In this document: one piece after another, positions 26,001 through 38,043 of the stretch
Position numbering within the stretch: position 1 is the first letter of the stretch
How the letters are laid out: every line of letters starts with the position of its first letter
DNA from: Styela clava
Taxonomy: Eukaryota
Assembly (NCBI RefSeq): GCF_964204865.1
Contig: NC_135251.1
Location: 11,222,001-11,286,000, forward strand
Length of the DNA: 64,000 nt
Direction of reading: 5' to 3'
Notes under the pieces: generated by a model
Databases searched by the model: none
Seen by the model: the letters and a program-made list of their open reading frames with translations, nothing else
What the model was told of the DNA's origin: nothing
Program-made: the position numbers and the translations under genes

Positions 26001-28747
26001 CTATCACTGTATTATCCCTCAAGTGGTAGACCTACGGTGTAGTAAGTAAAGAAAGTGGCGCCTCCCGTCTGGAAAGAAGTGAAATATATACTAATTTTTA
26101 GAAGTTGTTCAGAGCGATTTAGTATAAACTGTTTTTGGTGACATATACGAAGATTTATATGCTTTTTCCTACAAAAGGGCTCTGTACATGCATTTTTCCA
26201 GTTCCGCATTTGGTACCCAATTTATTACATCCTGGGTAAGGTGTTTGTGATTGATTGAGGCCCGAGTTATGTTAAAGACGATACCAAAGTAGATAGGTAC
26301 GTAACGTTTTAACCTCCAGGCTATCTTGCCCATACCATCGGTATGTATTAAAATTGAGCAAAAAATATGTTTTAGACAACTCTTAACTTAACGCTCAAAT
26401 TGTTATAATTTGAGTAGAGTAGACCGACCTTATTTGCAATGCTATTTGCAACGATATTGCGATAACTAAAACATACATTATTTTGGTATTTTATGAATGT
26501 TTTATAAGGTGTAGGCTACATATGGCGGTAGACCTCACGCTAAAATAGCACCGAAGAATTTTTATTCATAAATATATATATTATTTTAGGTTCCTATATT
26601 ATATTCCGCACTGGCACTTAAATTGCATACATAATTGAGTTTCATAAGTTTGCCTTGTGTATAAATATTTAATTCCTTCCAATACAATATACAAACATAA
26701 AATAACATTTCAAGAATATGAAAAAACTTACAGCAAGAAATGCGTTAGACATATCACTTAACCATGCAACATCTCCATTATCGACGTAACCATGCACTAT
26801 AAACCTGGTAAAACGACTTGGGTCGAAAGTTGACGAACTGGAATGATAAATGTTAAAAAGTTTTTCCAAGAGTTCACAGTGTAATATTTTGAATATAAAG
26901 CCATTATGTATATATTCGCATGATGATTAACATGAGCAAATAACTTGGGCAACTTTCAAATAAATCTAATATTAACTGGTATCAGCAATGAACGCGACTT
27001 TTTTATCGGAGAGCGGAAATGTTGTTAAGTTCGGCGTCAAAAGATGTTGTCTATGTTTTAACCAATCTCAAAACTTATATTACCACTGACCTATGCCTGG
27101 AGTTTTAATATCAACTTCCCACAAATACTGTTAATATGTACATGTTCAACTGGAGAAGTTTTCACCGAGCATTCCGATATCATAAAAGATTATTTCATGC
27201 AAATGAACAAATAAACACACTTCGAGAAACAAAGCAATAAATGTGATGAAAGAAATGATCATAGATTCGGTTTTAACACCAAAAAGAAAACAAAAATAAT
27301 GCCAGTCGTAACCAATTACAATCAAACCAAACTTTTCAGGACTATCGAATCAAGTTGACTACCAAAAGATACCGTGTCTCCCCGAAAATAAGACCTACCA
27401 GGAAAATAGTACCTAGACTGAATTTTAAAAATGATATTAATATAAGCCCTCCCCTTAAAATAAGAGTCCATAGTCAATAACGCAAATATTTTTTTCGACC
27501 TAGTCGATAGCAAAAAATCTCTCCTACACGTTTTACATGGTTAATAACTGTCACGGATTTCATCATTTTATCACCCTTAATATATATAATATTGGATATA
27601 CTTCATCCGGGTCCGTTTACTGTGAGACTCCGACCACCATCAGGTCGTGAGAAAAAAGAGCTTCCCGCCTCTTCTCCGGTCGCCGCGCTGGCGGCCGGTC
27701 GTGTTTTCCTGTGTTCGCTGTTTTAAGTGTTTTTAACTGTGAAGCTGCCTCAGAATAAACCACAAATCCGGAATCTGAGTCTTCTGATTCAATACACACG
27801 GTAGCTACATCTTTCTACCGTGACATAACCAATGTTTTGCAGTTATTTGGAATAAAAACGTTTTATTTATAAGTAAATGGATATCGTAAATCTCTACTTG
27901 TAATCTTGTTTTTGATAAATGAAAATATAAGACATCCCCCGAAAATAAGCCCTGGTGTTATTTTTCGGAAGAAAAATGAAATAAGACCCAGTCTTATTTT
28001 TGGGGAAACACGGCATATCCGATTCAACTCTATAAAGATCAAGTTTCAATTCAGTTTTGGTAAACTACTAGATCATACTACTTCAATTAACTTACGAGAT
28101 GGACAACATATCGTTATAGTAAATTTGTCTGTCGTATTGTTGTCTGGTATCCAAGTAAAAGTTGGTTTTGACTTTGGAAGGGTCGTCTGGTAGGATTTCC
28201 AGTGGCCGCTGTGGAGTATCGCCCCATGGAGGTTCGTTAGTGAAACATCCAAGATCACCATAACATACTGATTCGTATCCTTGATTTAGAACAGAAAGTC
28301 ATACGTGGTATAAAAGTGTTCTCGTGAATTCAAATAAAAACAAAACAAATTATGAATAGAAATATAACTTCGAAAAATGAGTAATAGCTTCCTTTAAATA
28401 CTGAGATTTTGAAATTAATTAATCTATTTGTAGCCAAGCGGAGAAAAGATATCTTCTACGCATCTTAAAAACAACAACAAAATCTAAAACAAGTTAGCAA
28501 AAACATATATAAAAAGATTTCTTGTACAACAAGAATTCACAGAAATCTATTTTCGTTTTGCAAATTCTGATATCCCGTGATAATATAATTGAACTAAGTT
28601 AAAATAGCCGATATTGAATACAAAAATCAAAAAAGGAATCAGTTTATTAATATATACATAAAAATGATAAAAATAATCACAACATCACTTACCCAATGCC
28701 GTCATCCATATTGACGATTGAAGAAGTAAACTCAGCAGTAGAAACAT
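20029..28747 (-). CDS. Pancreatic lipase-related protein (PNLIP/PNLIPRP family triacylglycerol lipase), 11 exons, 477 aa
   Basis: Exons: 28747-28693 (signal MFLLLSLLLQSSIWMTALG), 28279-28096 (VCYGDLGCFTNEPPWG..RPLEILP), 26837-26732 (TRFIVHGYVD), 25808-25683, 25170-25062 (CVGHSLGSH, nucleophile Ser), 24287-24094 (GLDPAGPYF, catalytic Asp; GHVDFWPNAG), 22995-22807 (lid, then GTRDFVACNH with catalytic His), 22251-22155 (GCPQMGYHAD), 21588-21468, 20698-20525, 20107-20029 (PLAT domain, TAA). Sum is 1434 nt and all phases are consistent. Confidence 0.94.
23384..23854. mobile_element. hAT-type MITE in a lipase intron
   Basis: TIRs CAGGCTTGT(T/C)TA, perfect 8-bp TSD CAAAATGA, subterminal ATGGGA/TCCCAT repeats; 471 bp. 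Confidence 0.9.
24790..25025. mobile_element. MITE family B copy
   Basis: Collinear with 46009-46244; TSD AAAAAAGA on both sides. Confidence 0.8.
25952..26551. mobile_element. Probable MITE with TIR GTGCTA.T.TAGCGTGAG
   Basis: Inverted ends GTGCTACTCTAGCGTGAG and CTCACGCTAAAATAGCAC; no clear TSD. Confidence 0.55.
27372..28013. mobile_element. Tc1/mariner-superfamily (pogo/Tc2-like) MITE
   Basis: TIRs CCGTGT(C/T)TCCCC(G/A)AAAATAAGAC, TA on the left flank (CA on the right), subterminal AATAAG(A/C)C repeats. Confidence 0.8.
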
Positions 28748-31700
28748 TTTAGCAAAATAAGATTAACAATATTAGGAATAGTCTAAAACAACAATTACGT
28801 TGGTAAATAATATAGCGCGAAGATAGGCTGTAATATGCTATGACTGTCAATGCAAATTTCAGTCATATTTTAAGCATATTTCAGAACAAACTGAATGAGT
28901 TTAGATATCACATGGTATTTTTTTCAATTGTTTTGATTTTTACCAGATCGCAATCGTACCTAATTCGGAAAAACACGGGTGGACATGGGGCCCATATATG
29001 ACATATATATATTTCTACAAATAATACCCTAAATAAAACCGCGAACAAATTTGTGTTGGCACGAGTTCATCTTTCCTCCAATATTTTATGACTAAATGTT
29101 TTCTATTATAAGTCTTCAGACTAATGCAACATATATCTATATCTCTGTGTCATCCGCACATCATATATAGCATATAAAAGTCAAGAAAATACATTCCTTC
29201 TTATCTGCCAAGAAACTATCGTGCGATCGCGAATATAGGAGGCCACAAGGTACTTGAAATTAAAATAAATGTATTCCATCACATATCGTCTATGGCCTTA
29301 AAATAAAATGAAGCATTTTTATTTATGATATATCATAGGCCACGATTAGATGATAATTTTCTGTTAAGTAATTCAAGTAATACGTCACTTGTAAACAATT
29401 ACACGAAACTATACTAATTTGAGAAAATGTGTTTGTTTTTGCTGACGTAAAGCAGGTGCATATTCCCATGCTAGGTTCGCTTTGATAAACCGATTTACGC
29501 CATTCAGACATGAGTACACATTCCACCACACTAATTGTATTATTAAAACAAAAAATATATGGACACAAAGTTTAAAACGTCGTAGTACGGGTATGCAATC
29601 TGTCACAACAGACCAATGATACGATGTCATAAAAAGTGGAAGACAGGCATTACGATATCATAAAAACATGTTTCCCTGAGTGAAAATTATGCAGCGCATT
29701 TTAGACGAAATATCAGATCTCACAAATTTTTTTTAAAAATAAATAAAAGTAACAGATTTTCAGTAAAAAATACAATCTTTAACCACTAAAAATTTCGAAG
29801 CAATTGGTCCATTGGTGAATGAGAATATTAACTACAACATTACTCTATAACAAAACGATCCATAGCTCCAGTTTAATAATACTCAATACTCAACTCAATA
29901 ATTAATAGATCAATAAGATGTTGCATATCATTTAATCCTCCACAGCGCAACTACCTGAATATGAATCAAATGATTATCCAATAAATTGTAAAATCCACAG
30001 AGAGCAGTATAGTGTATTAACAAAGCACCATGCTCATAAATTAATTTATTTTTATCTCGATTGATAGTTCCATGTTGCTTTTTATCGACTTAATTTTTGG
30101 CGATTGGGGCAATAACAAGTGCCGATAGACGTAATGACAGATAAGGCGCGCAATATTTTATATAAAAACTTATGTAAACACAGACTAAAATACTGATTAT
30201 GAACCAAATGAAGGCAGTGGCAAACAAACTTGAAATGTACTTTCGAAATTTTGTGAAATCGTGATGCACACCTTTTTAACAAGGTTATAAGCATTGGCGT
30301 TTAGCACTAATATTCAGAAGCAATTAACAGAAATTTGAAAGCTCTAGTAAAATTTGGATGACAAACTACTTTTTTAGCCAATGAGCCAATTTAACTTATA
30401 AGACTGAGGCCTCCTAATCATCCAGTCAATGTGTTTTTTTGCAAACAATGATTATAACGTGCACTATCAAATCACCTAGATTGAATTTTTATTCATACAT
30501 AAAGGCTACATATAAGACGGAACTGTTTTTAAAGCAATAACGCCACTGGATTTTAGTATGGGCAATAAAGCAGTAAATGATCCATACATTAGGTGCATCG
30601 CCTCATGAGGCGCACGTTTTAAAGTACGCCTTATGGTCCTTTAAATACGTTAAAGGCACAGTTTACTGCTCGTTTGTTTATTTCCAACATCTGCCTGTTT
30701 CACAGGGTCAAAGTCAACAGACGTCTGCGCTATGATAATTAGTATTTTTTTTGGTAGCTCTCCAAGAAATAAAAATTGCTTTTAGTCATAGTTGATTTGA
30801 GAGCAAATAAAGTAGTCAGCCACTGAAATTTAAATTATAGTCGGAAATAAAAATTCTTCCCTTCGCATAACAGTTAGAAAAGTTCAGAACATGTTTCAAG
30901 ACTTCCTTATTAATATTACTCATATGTTTTTTTTACTCCTAGTACTGTATTATTGTCATCATTTTTCATAGGCCTACGCAACGCTATTATATTTTTTTTT
31001 ATCCGACCTATCATCTCATATTGACATTGCTGTATCAGTGTGGCATATACCAGTAATATCATTTCAGCTGATGTTTCATGACATTGGTTTGCATAAACTT
31101 CCATCAACAGTTTTTTATTTCTATTTCCGAGATTTTTATAAATACGTACTAATTGCATTCGATTTGTATATTTTGAGTCCGGTTTTATTGCATATATTTT
31201 ATCTTATACCAAATAATAGAAACAAAATTAAAATGCATTCTGTCACGGATATATATATATATCTTGTGACTGAATATATATAGTTGTGCATAATTGAAAC
31301 AATATTGAAACATTGAAAACAAACATTTAAAAAGTACGCCTTTACATACTGAACTTGCTGATAAAACTTGCATCGTGATAAAGTAAATATATATGTATTT
31401 GAGTGTAGTTGCAACTCAATAAGTAAAAAACGTAAAAAGAAAAAATCAGTAATATATATCGATAATTCATATTAGTTATGTTTGTTCTCTGAGAAGTTTT
31501 CTTATGTATATTTGAAAGTTCCAATTCTTTATTCCTAATTTCAATACGTTCATACATGTAGTCAAAGGATAAGTTTTCAATAAAGTAACTTTATTGACAC
31601 AATGTATCATATTTGCCAGAAATATGAGTTTTCAGTCATAGATTATAGCGCAACGGAAAGATTTTATTTCTGGTATTTTAAAATTGAATTTATTTTCAAT

Positions 31701-31920
31701 GAGGTTTTTGCGAGATCATTATATTATGCTACTTCGACTTATATTTGGGAGTTGTGTTACCGTGGAAAAATGAATCATATTGGGAAAATTTTTTGCGTCA
31801 TCAATCCCGCCATCTCAACTGCCAATAGACATATATAACCGTAAAAACTATTACACATACTAGTATATATACATAGTTCAATGTTATTGATATATAAATT
31901 TGCATTTAGAAAATGCTATG

Positions 31921-34900
31921 CTATTTCTTTTTGTCCGTGGATGCTTCTGCTACTTCATTAATATCGATGTCAGAATATGGATGTAATTCAGGGTCCTCAC
32001 TTTCTTCTTCTTTGTCGTTGATGTCGCAATAAAGGTTGGACGTTGTCAGAAAAGAAGAGATGGCTTCGTAGCAGAAATTATATTGTTTCTGAATCAGAAA
32101 GGAAAATAATTGCTCTTCGATGCAAAAATATATATAACAAATAACATAATATTATATTGAAAATCTAATAGCTAAACGAGCCCTCCAGAAGTGTGTCTAC
32201 CAATATGAAGATAACTAATTTTGTCGCCTATTTTACATCAAGTTATGTAAAGGGACTGGAGCCTGTGGGCAAGGGGGGTATATTCACATGGCTAACACAG
32301 ACAGTCTCCGAACTTGTTATAGAACTAAAATGAGTAAAATCGAAATAAAATTATGGCCTAGCCCTAACCTGGTACAAATACTTCGTGAGTATCGATTAGC
32401 AGATGGGGCGTTTGGAAATTGCTTGAAACGACGATAAGTCGTTGGGTGGTTGTAACGCCCGATTACACCAAAACAAACTAATTTTATAATAAACCACACG
32501 TAGCACAAATGGGCATAATTCATGTAGATTCAACAAATTCGTGAGATGTTAAACATTGTGGAATGACTGGTAAAATTAGAAAAAAGTAAATTTTATTATC
32601 CTATTAGAAATCATATTATTTGAATCCTGTACATATATTTACAAAACTTCGTGTCACAGATAAAATAGTAACTTACCAAGGTCTGAACCATGCCGGGTCT
32701 ACAGTCCCTCAAATCTTTCACCGCCCGAAACACGTCAATCTTGTTTTCGTTCTTGACTCTTGCAATAAGGTTGACAATTGCACAGAACACACCAGTACGG
32801 CCGGCCCCATCGCTGTAATAACGATGTAAGGAATATTATCTTTGGTGGTACATCTGTTGTAGAGGTACAGACACACTCTTCTGTAGTTTATTTATCTCAA
32901 TTGGCAACTTACGTTAGAGTATTAGAAAATGTGACCTAACTTTGGAATAAAATTAATATACATTTTTTAAATACTTTTAACTGAATAGCGTCACCGTATG
33001 AAAATATTCCAGAAGTGGCCAATAAAGAGACCAAACACTTCAAGTTATATATATATCTTGCCGTTGCCATTTTTCGCCGATTCTCGTTGTCTGCTATCGG
33101 TGTGGCTTCGATATATCTCGATAGCCAAAGTTCAAATTACCTCAAATAAAACGATTCTGTGCTTGAAATTTGGCAGCATGAAAAGTAATAGACATTTTGG
33201 ATTTTATTATTTCAAAATAAATCTTAGTTGCTGGTTTTTGCAGTTTCTTGTCATCAATGAAAAATGATTTATTTTGGCATTCACATACTAACATTGTTCC
33301 ATATTTGACCTTCTGCGATCTGGCAACTCATTTTACAACTTTAGGAAGTTGCACGCAGAGCACAACCTGCTGTTAGGTTTGTGGGACGATGGTATGAGAT
33401 GTCATCAATCAATTACCTGCAGTGAACCAGCGCTGCACTTGCATCTGATTGTGCAAGATTTTCGTGCATTTTGTTAACAAGTTCAAGAACGGAAGAAATA
33501 TCACATGGTGATTTGTCAGCTTTCCATCCGGTGTACTGATACTGTACAATTTTCTGAAGAATGAATTACGTGAGTTATATTTTGTTTAAATGACACATTA
33601 TTTTGACTAAAGTTATGAAAGCAAAGTGCGATTCTAGTTCAAATATATATGTTTTTTATTTCAAATCAAATAGCCAGTAAATCTGTCAGAATCAGAACTA
33701 TGATATTAGGATAACATTAGATTAATCTGTCAATTTTGAACCGACGTTTTTTCTACTTTGACAAATAACTACGAATATGCGTATTTATATTGGTGTCTTA
33801 TCCTTCATTTGCTGTTCTGGGGTTGACAATTGATAACATACTATCTCAGTACACCAATTAGGTTACAGACTTAACTATGTCCTATATACAGTATCAGCAT
33901 TGTTACTTCACTCTATCTAACTAAAGTCTAAACGGATATTGTTTGCCTGGTCACTCGTCTTAGATTATTATAAAAAGGATACTGACAAATCTGTAAATCC
34001 AGACAGGACCCTGTTTGTTCTTATCAGTGGTTAGTGGCCTAACACTTATGATTAGGGTCATAGGCGTAGCCTTTGGGGCATGCCCCCTCCCAAAAATTTT
34101 CGAGAATTCCATTCTTAAACCACCAGTTTTGTGGCAATCTTGTCTCGTCACGCTTTCTGGTTGTCATTGTTACGTCACAAAGACTTGGCCGTTCGCTCTT
34201 ATTAGCAGTTTGGGAAAGACAAAGACTGTTTCGTTAGCTTTCGGTCAGTCTCTGGTTTGTTCTCACCGGTTTTTAAACGCTTGGATTTTGATGACCAAAT
34301 TACTTCGATGGCTAAATTTAAACAGGCGAAATCGATAGTTTTTTTTCAGCGGAATAAAGAGTCGCTTTCCTCAAAAACGTCAATAAGCGCTACTCAGGCT
34401 GTGGATGCACCGGTTGAGTCAGTTACGTCTATCACTTCTATTCCCGAAGATAAACTAATATTCGAAGAAGGAAAAACAAACGATCTTGGATTTATTCTTA
34501 AGAAACATACGCAGCTTACCGATGCGGAGAGGTACAGGCATCTAACTTCGGATGGTCCGAAAAACGTGACGATTTTGGATACCGTTAGACAAAGTCGTCA
34601 TAAATTTCTCAAAAAATGGCTTGACGATGACAGATTTTGCAGTTGGTTAGTTTACACCCAACTCTGTGATGGGGGTGGTTTGTGTAAGATATGCATCGTC
34701 ATGCAAGAAGCATGGAACTCTCCGGGACACTGCTTTTGTTACGAGACCATGCATTGACTACAAGAGATACAGGGCATCTAACTTCGGATGGTCCGAAAAA
34801 CGTGACGATTTTGGATACCGTTAGACAAAGTCGTCGTAAATTTCTCAAAAAATGGCTTGACGATGACAGATTTTGCAGTTGGTTAGTTTACACCCAACTC

Positions 34901-37900
34901 TGTGATGGGGGCGGTTTGTGTAAGATATGCATCGTCATGCAAGAAGCATGGAACTCTCCGGAACACTGCTTTTGTTACGAGACCATGCATTGACTACAAA
35001 AAATTTATGGAAAAGGCTGTAGCCCACCTAGACACAAATTACCACCGAGAATCAACTATAGCTGCGAAAAACGCAAACAAAAGAAAACAGACGAATATTG
35101 ACTTCCATTGTCAAGACTGTCATGTTCTGTGCTTCGGGTAACATAATAAAAAGTTGTTTATTAAAATGGATTTTGTATTCACAAAAAGCCAGCTGAGTTG
35201 TTGATTCAGATTGCTTATTGATAAACTGTTGTTGTTTCGCGCTTGAAGAAGGGGTGTCTTAAACCCAATATAATTTCTAAAATTTTCAAATTTAGCCCCC
35301 ATCCCAAAATTTTGGGCTGGCTACGCCACTGATTAGGGTATAATGTAGTTTATTAGTATAGGCTAGTGCTAGTACTGATAATGCGCGTGGTGCATAACAA
35401 TTTTTACATACTTTTTCGTAACTGCCGCCTAACTATGTCATTGTTTTGTCACAATGATGTGATTGCTACTGCAAATGAACGTTGCCGAGCTCCGACAATA
35501 ATGACAGCTGTCTGGTCAAAATAAACATCAACTCAAACGCCAGTGGCTCATGGAAGCATACTACCGACCACTGCTATACATTAATGCAATATGATACGAT
35601 ACTAAGTGTTTAGTACCACAATCGTATGGCCTTCTATAGAAAGAATAAAGCGACGATAGGAAATAGTTATGTACCAAAGTAAGGAATAATCTCAAGAAAG
35701 TATACACACAGCCGCTGCTGTACTTTCATGAAATATGACACATTACAGAGTGTATTGCTTATGATGGGGAATACAGGCTTAGTACCACACTCAAACGTAC
35801 CTTCAATAAATTGGATAAAACATGAATCTGAAATAGCATCAACCCAATACAGACTAATTTTGTGCACACACACGGCCAATGCTGAATAAAGGTACCGCAT
35901 GGGGCTTTAATAAATGGAGTAAAATAATAATAAGGGATAGTTACGTATAACAGAAAGACAAATCTCAAGCGAGCAAACGTGTGGCACCATGGCACAAGGC
36001 AGAGTATATTATATATCTAATGATAATTAATAGTACCACACTTACGTTGACTTTCATAAACTGAGTAATGCGACGATAAGAAATAAGAAGGTATTACACA
36101 AATAAGGAATAATCTCAAGCAAACATACGCGCGGCCACCGCTTTACTTACTTGGGGAATAATTATGTGTATACTTCACAAACTAATCACAAGAAAGCATG
36201 AGTGCGGCCATTGATACACTTTAATGAAATGTGATACAACACAGTACCACACGCACATTGACATTCCATAATATGAATAAGGCGACGATAAGGAATAGTG
36301 AGACATTACACAAATACGGATGATCTTCAACAATCATATGGACTTTTAGGGAATATGACAGAACACTGAGTATATACCAAATTGCGGTGTTTAGTACCAC
36401 GCTCGCATAAGTATTCAGTTAATTGAGTGAAACGACGATAAGAATAATTGTGTATATGACGTTTATACAGACTAACTTTAAACAATCATACGGCGGCCAC
36501 GGTTATACTTTTAAGGAATATGACAGAACACTGAGTATAATATACCCATTGGCGGTGTATAGTACCGCACACATATGCGATATCAGTAAATAGAGTAAAA
36601 CGAAGATAGGGATTAGTTAGGTTTTTCTATGGATCCATATAATTTTTTAAGCAAACGTACGGGTATTGCTATACTTTCATGAAATATGACACGACACACA
36701 ATGTATTGCTAATTTTGATGAATAGTATCACATTTATTAGGCCTTCAGTAATCAACGCGAAGTAAATAGCTCAAGGTGATAAGAGGTACCGCGCTCATAT
36801 GTACTTTTTTTAAATTGAGTAAATCGACGATAAGGAATAGTTGTTAATCCGCAACAATCAGTTTAAGCGTAATACTCATTTGTAATCATTTTTTTAAATA
36901 CTGTTTTAGCCCTCCTGGGTGGGGGGCCAGGGTTACTGGCGCAGTACCAAAATAAAAGTACTCAAAGTCAGAAATGAGGCGAAGTATCGTACCATGATCG
37001 TATGGACGCATTGTCGGGTAACGCATTGTCCATACGTGAGAAACTTATGTCGATGGGTGGAAGGTCGCACAGTGGTGTTAAATTGAGTCATGTAATTCAT
37101 ATAATAATTAACCTAAATCAGAATGTTGAGTTTTATCGGTAATTTATTTTGCATATTTTACGTTATGCGATGGCTATCCAGATGTTTAGGATTTTAAATA
37201 ATTTATCAGGCAAGAAACGTCTTGTAAAAGTCAATCTGCTTCCTCTTTTTGAATAGTACTGTTTCGGTTGCTTAAGTCATACAGGAGATATTTTGCATTG
37301 GACTTCAACAAGATGTGTTAATTAAGCTGATATAATACATATTTAGTTAACTAGTATCTCATTTTGGGCATGCCACCGTAGCATTTAAAAAAATCAGGAA
37401 TAATACTTTTTTATCTATGATAATTCAAAATATTCAATAATCGTCAGATTCGTCATGTTCAATACTAATATGTTCATTGGAAATTCCGCTTATGTAAAAC
37501 TGTCTAGCGTTGTTTAATAGCAAAATAGTTGCATAGAGTGATGTTTGGTTTAAAATCAAAGATTGTTGTCATTTTTATGCCTAATGTTTACTTTTTTAAA
37601 AATAAAAATAGATGAGCATAACACAATTTATTTTTTAATACGACACGGCATTTGAAGATAAGAACCTATTTTTAAAACGGATACACACAAATGACTCTGG
37701 ACTAATGTTACGATAATAAATATTAGATATAGCACATATATATTATTTCACGCGGTGTTCAGTGGTCATTTCATTTACTTAGAAAATAGATTTACTATTT
37801 GATTTGTTCTTATGCTATAAATCTTTATTCTTCTGGTTGAATATTTAGGTTTGGCCCATAAATATTAATCCAAAGGTCAAATTTTTTTTTAGATACATCC

Positions 37901-38003
37901 CATTCTTTACTTTAAGATTTAATTTATAATATTATACGACACGATACAAATGTCTAAGGAAGGTAATACGGAAAGTTTTAACGTCCATTCGACAACCATT
38001 GCT

Positions 38004-38043
<40 letters not shown>

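Noticed and set aside
28073-28261. ORF-track peptide MVILDVSLTNLHG...
   Set aside because: Wrong frame. The real exon frame encodes the lipase N-terminus VCYGDLGCF.
35590-36845. CRISPR-like repeat/spacer appearance
   Set aside because: Eukaryotic intron, repeats are not identical, inter-motif sequence is itself homologous, and there are no cas genes.
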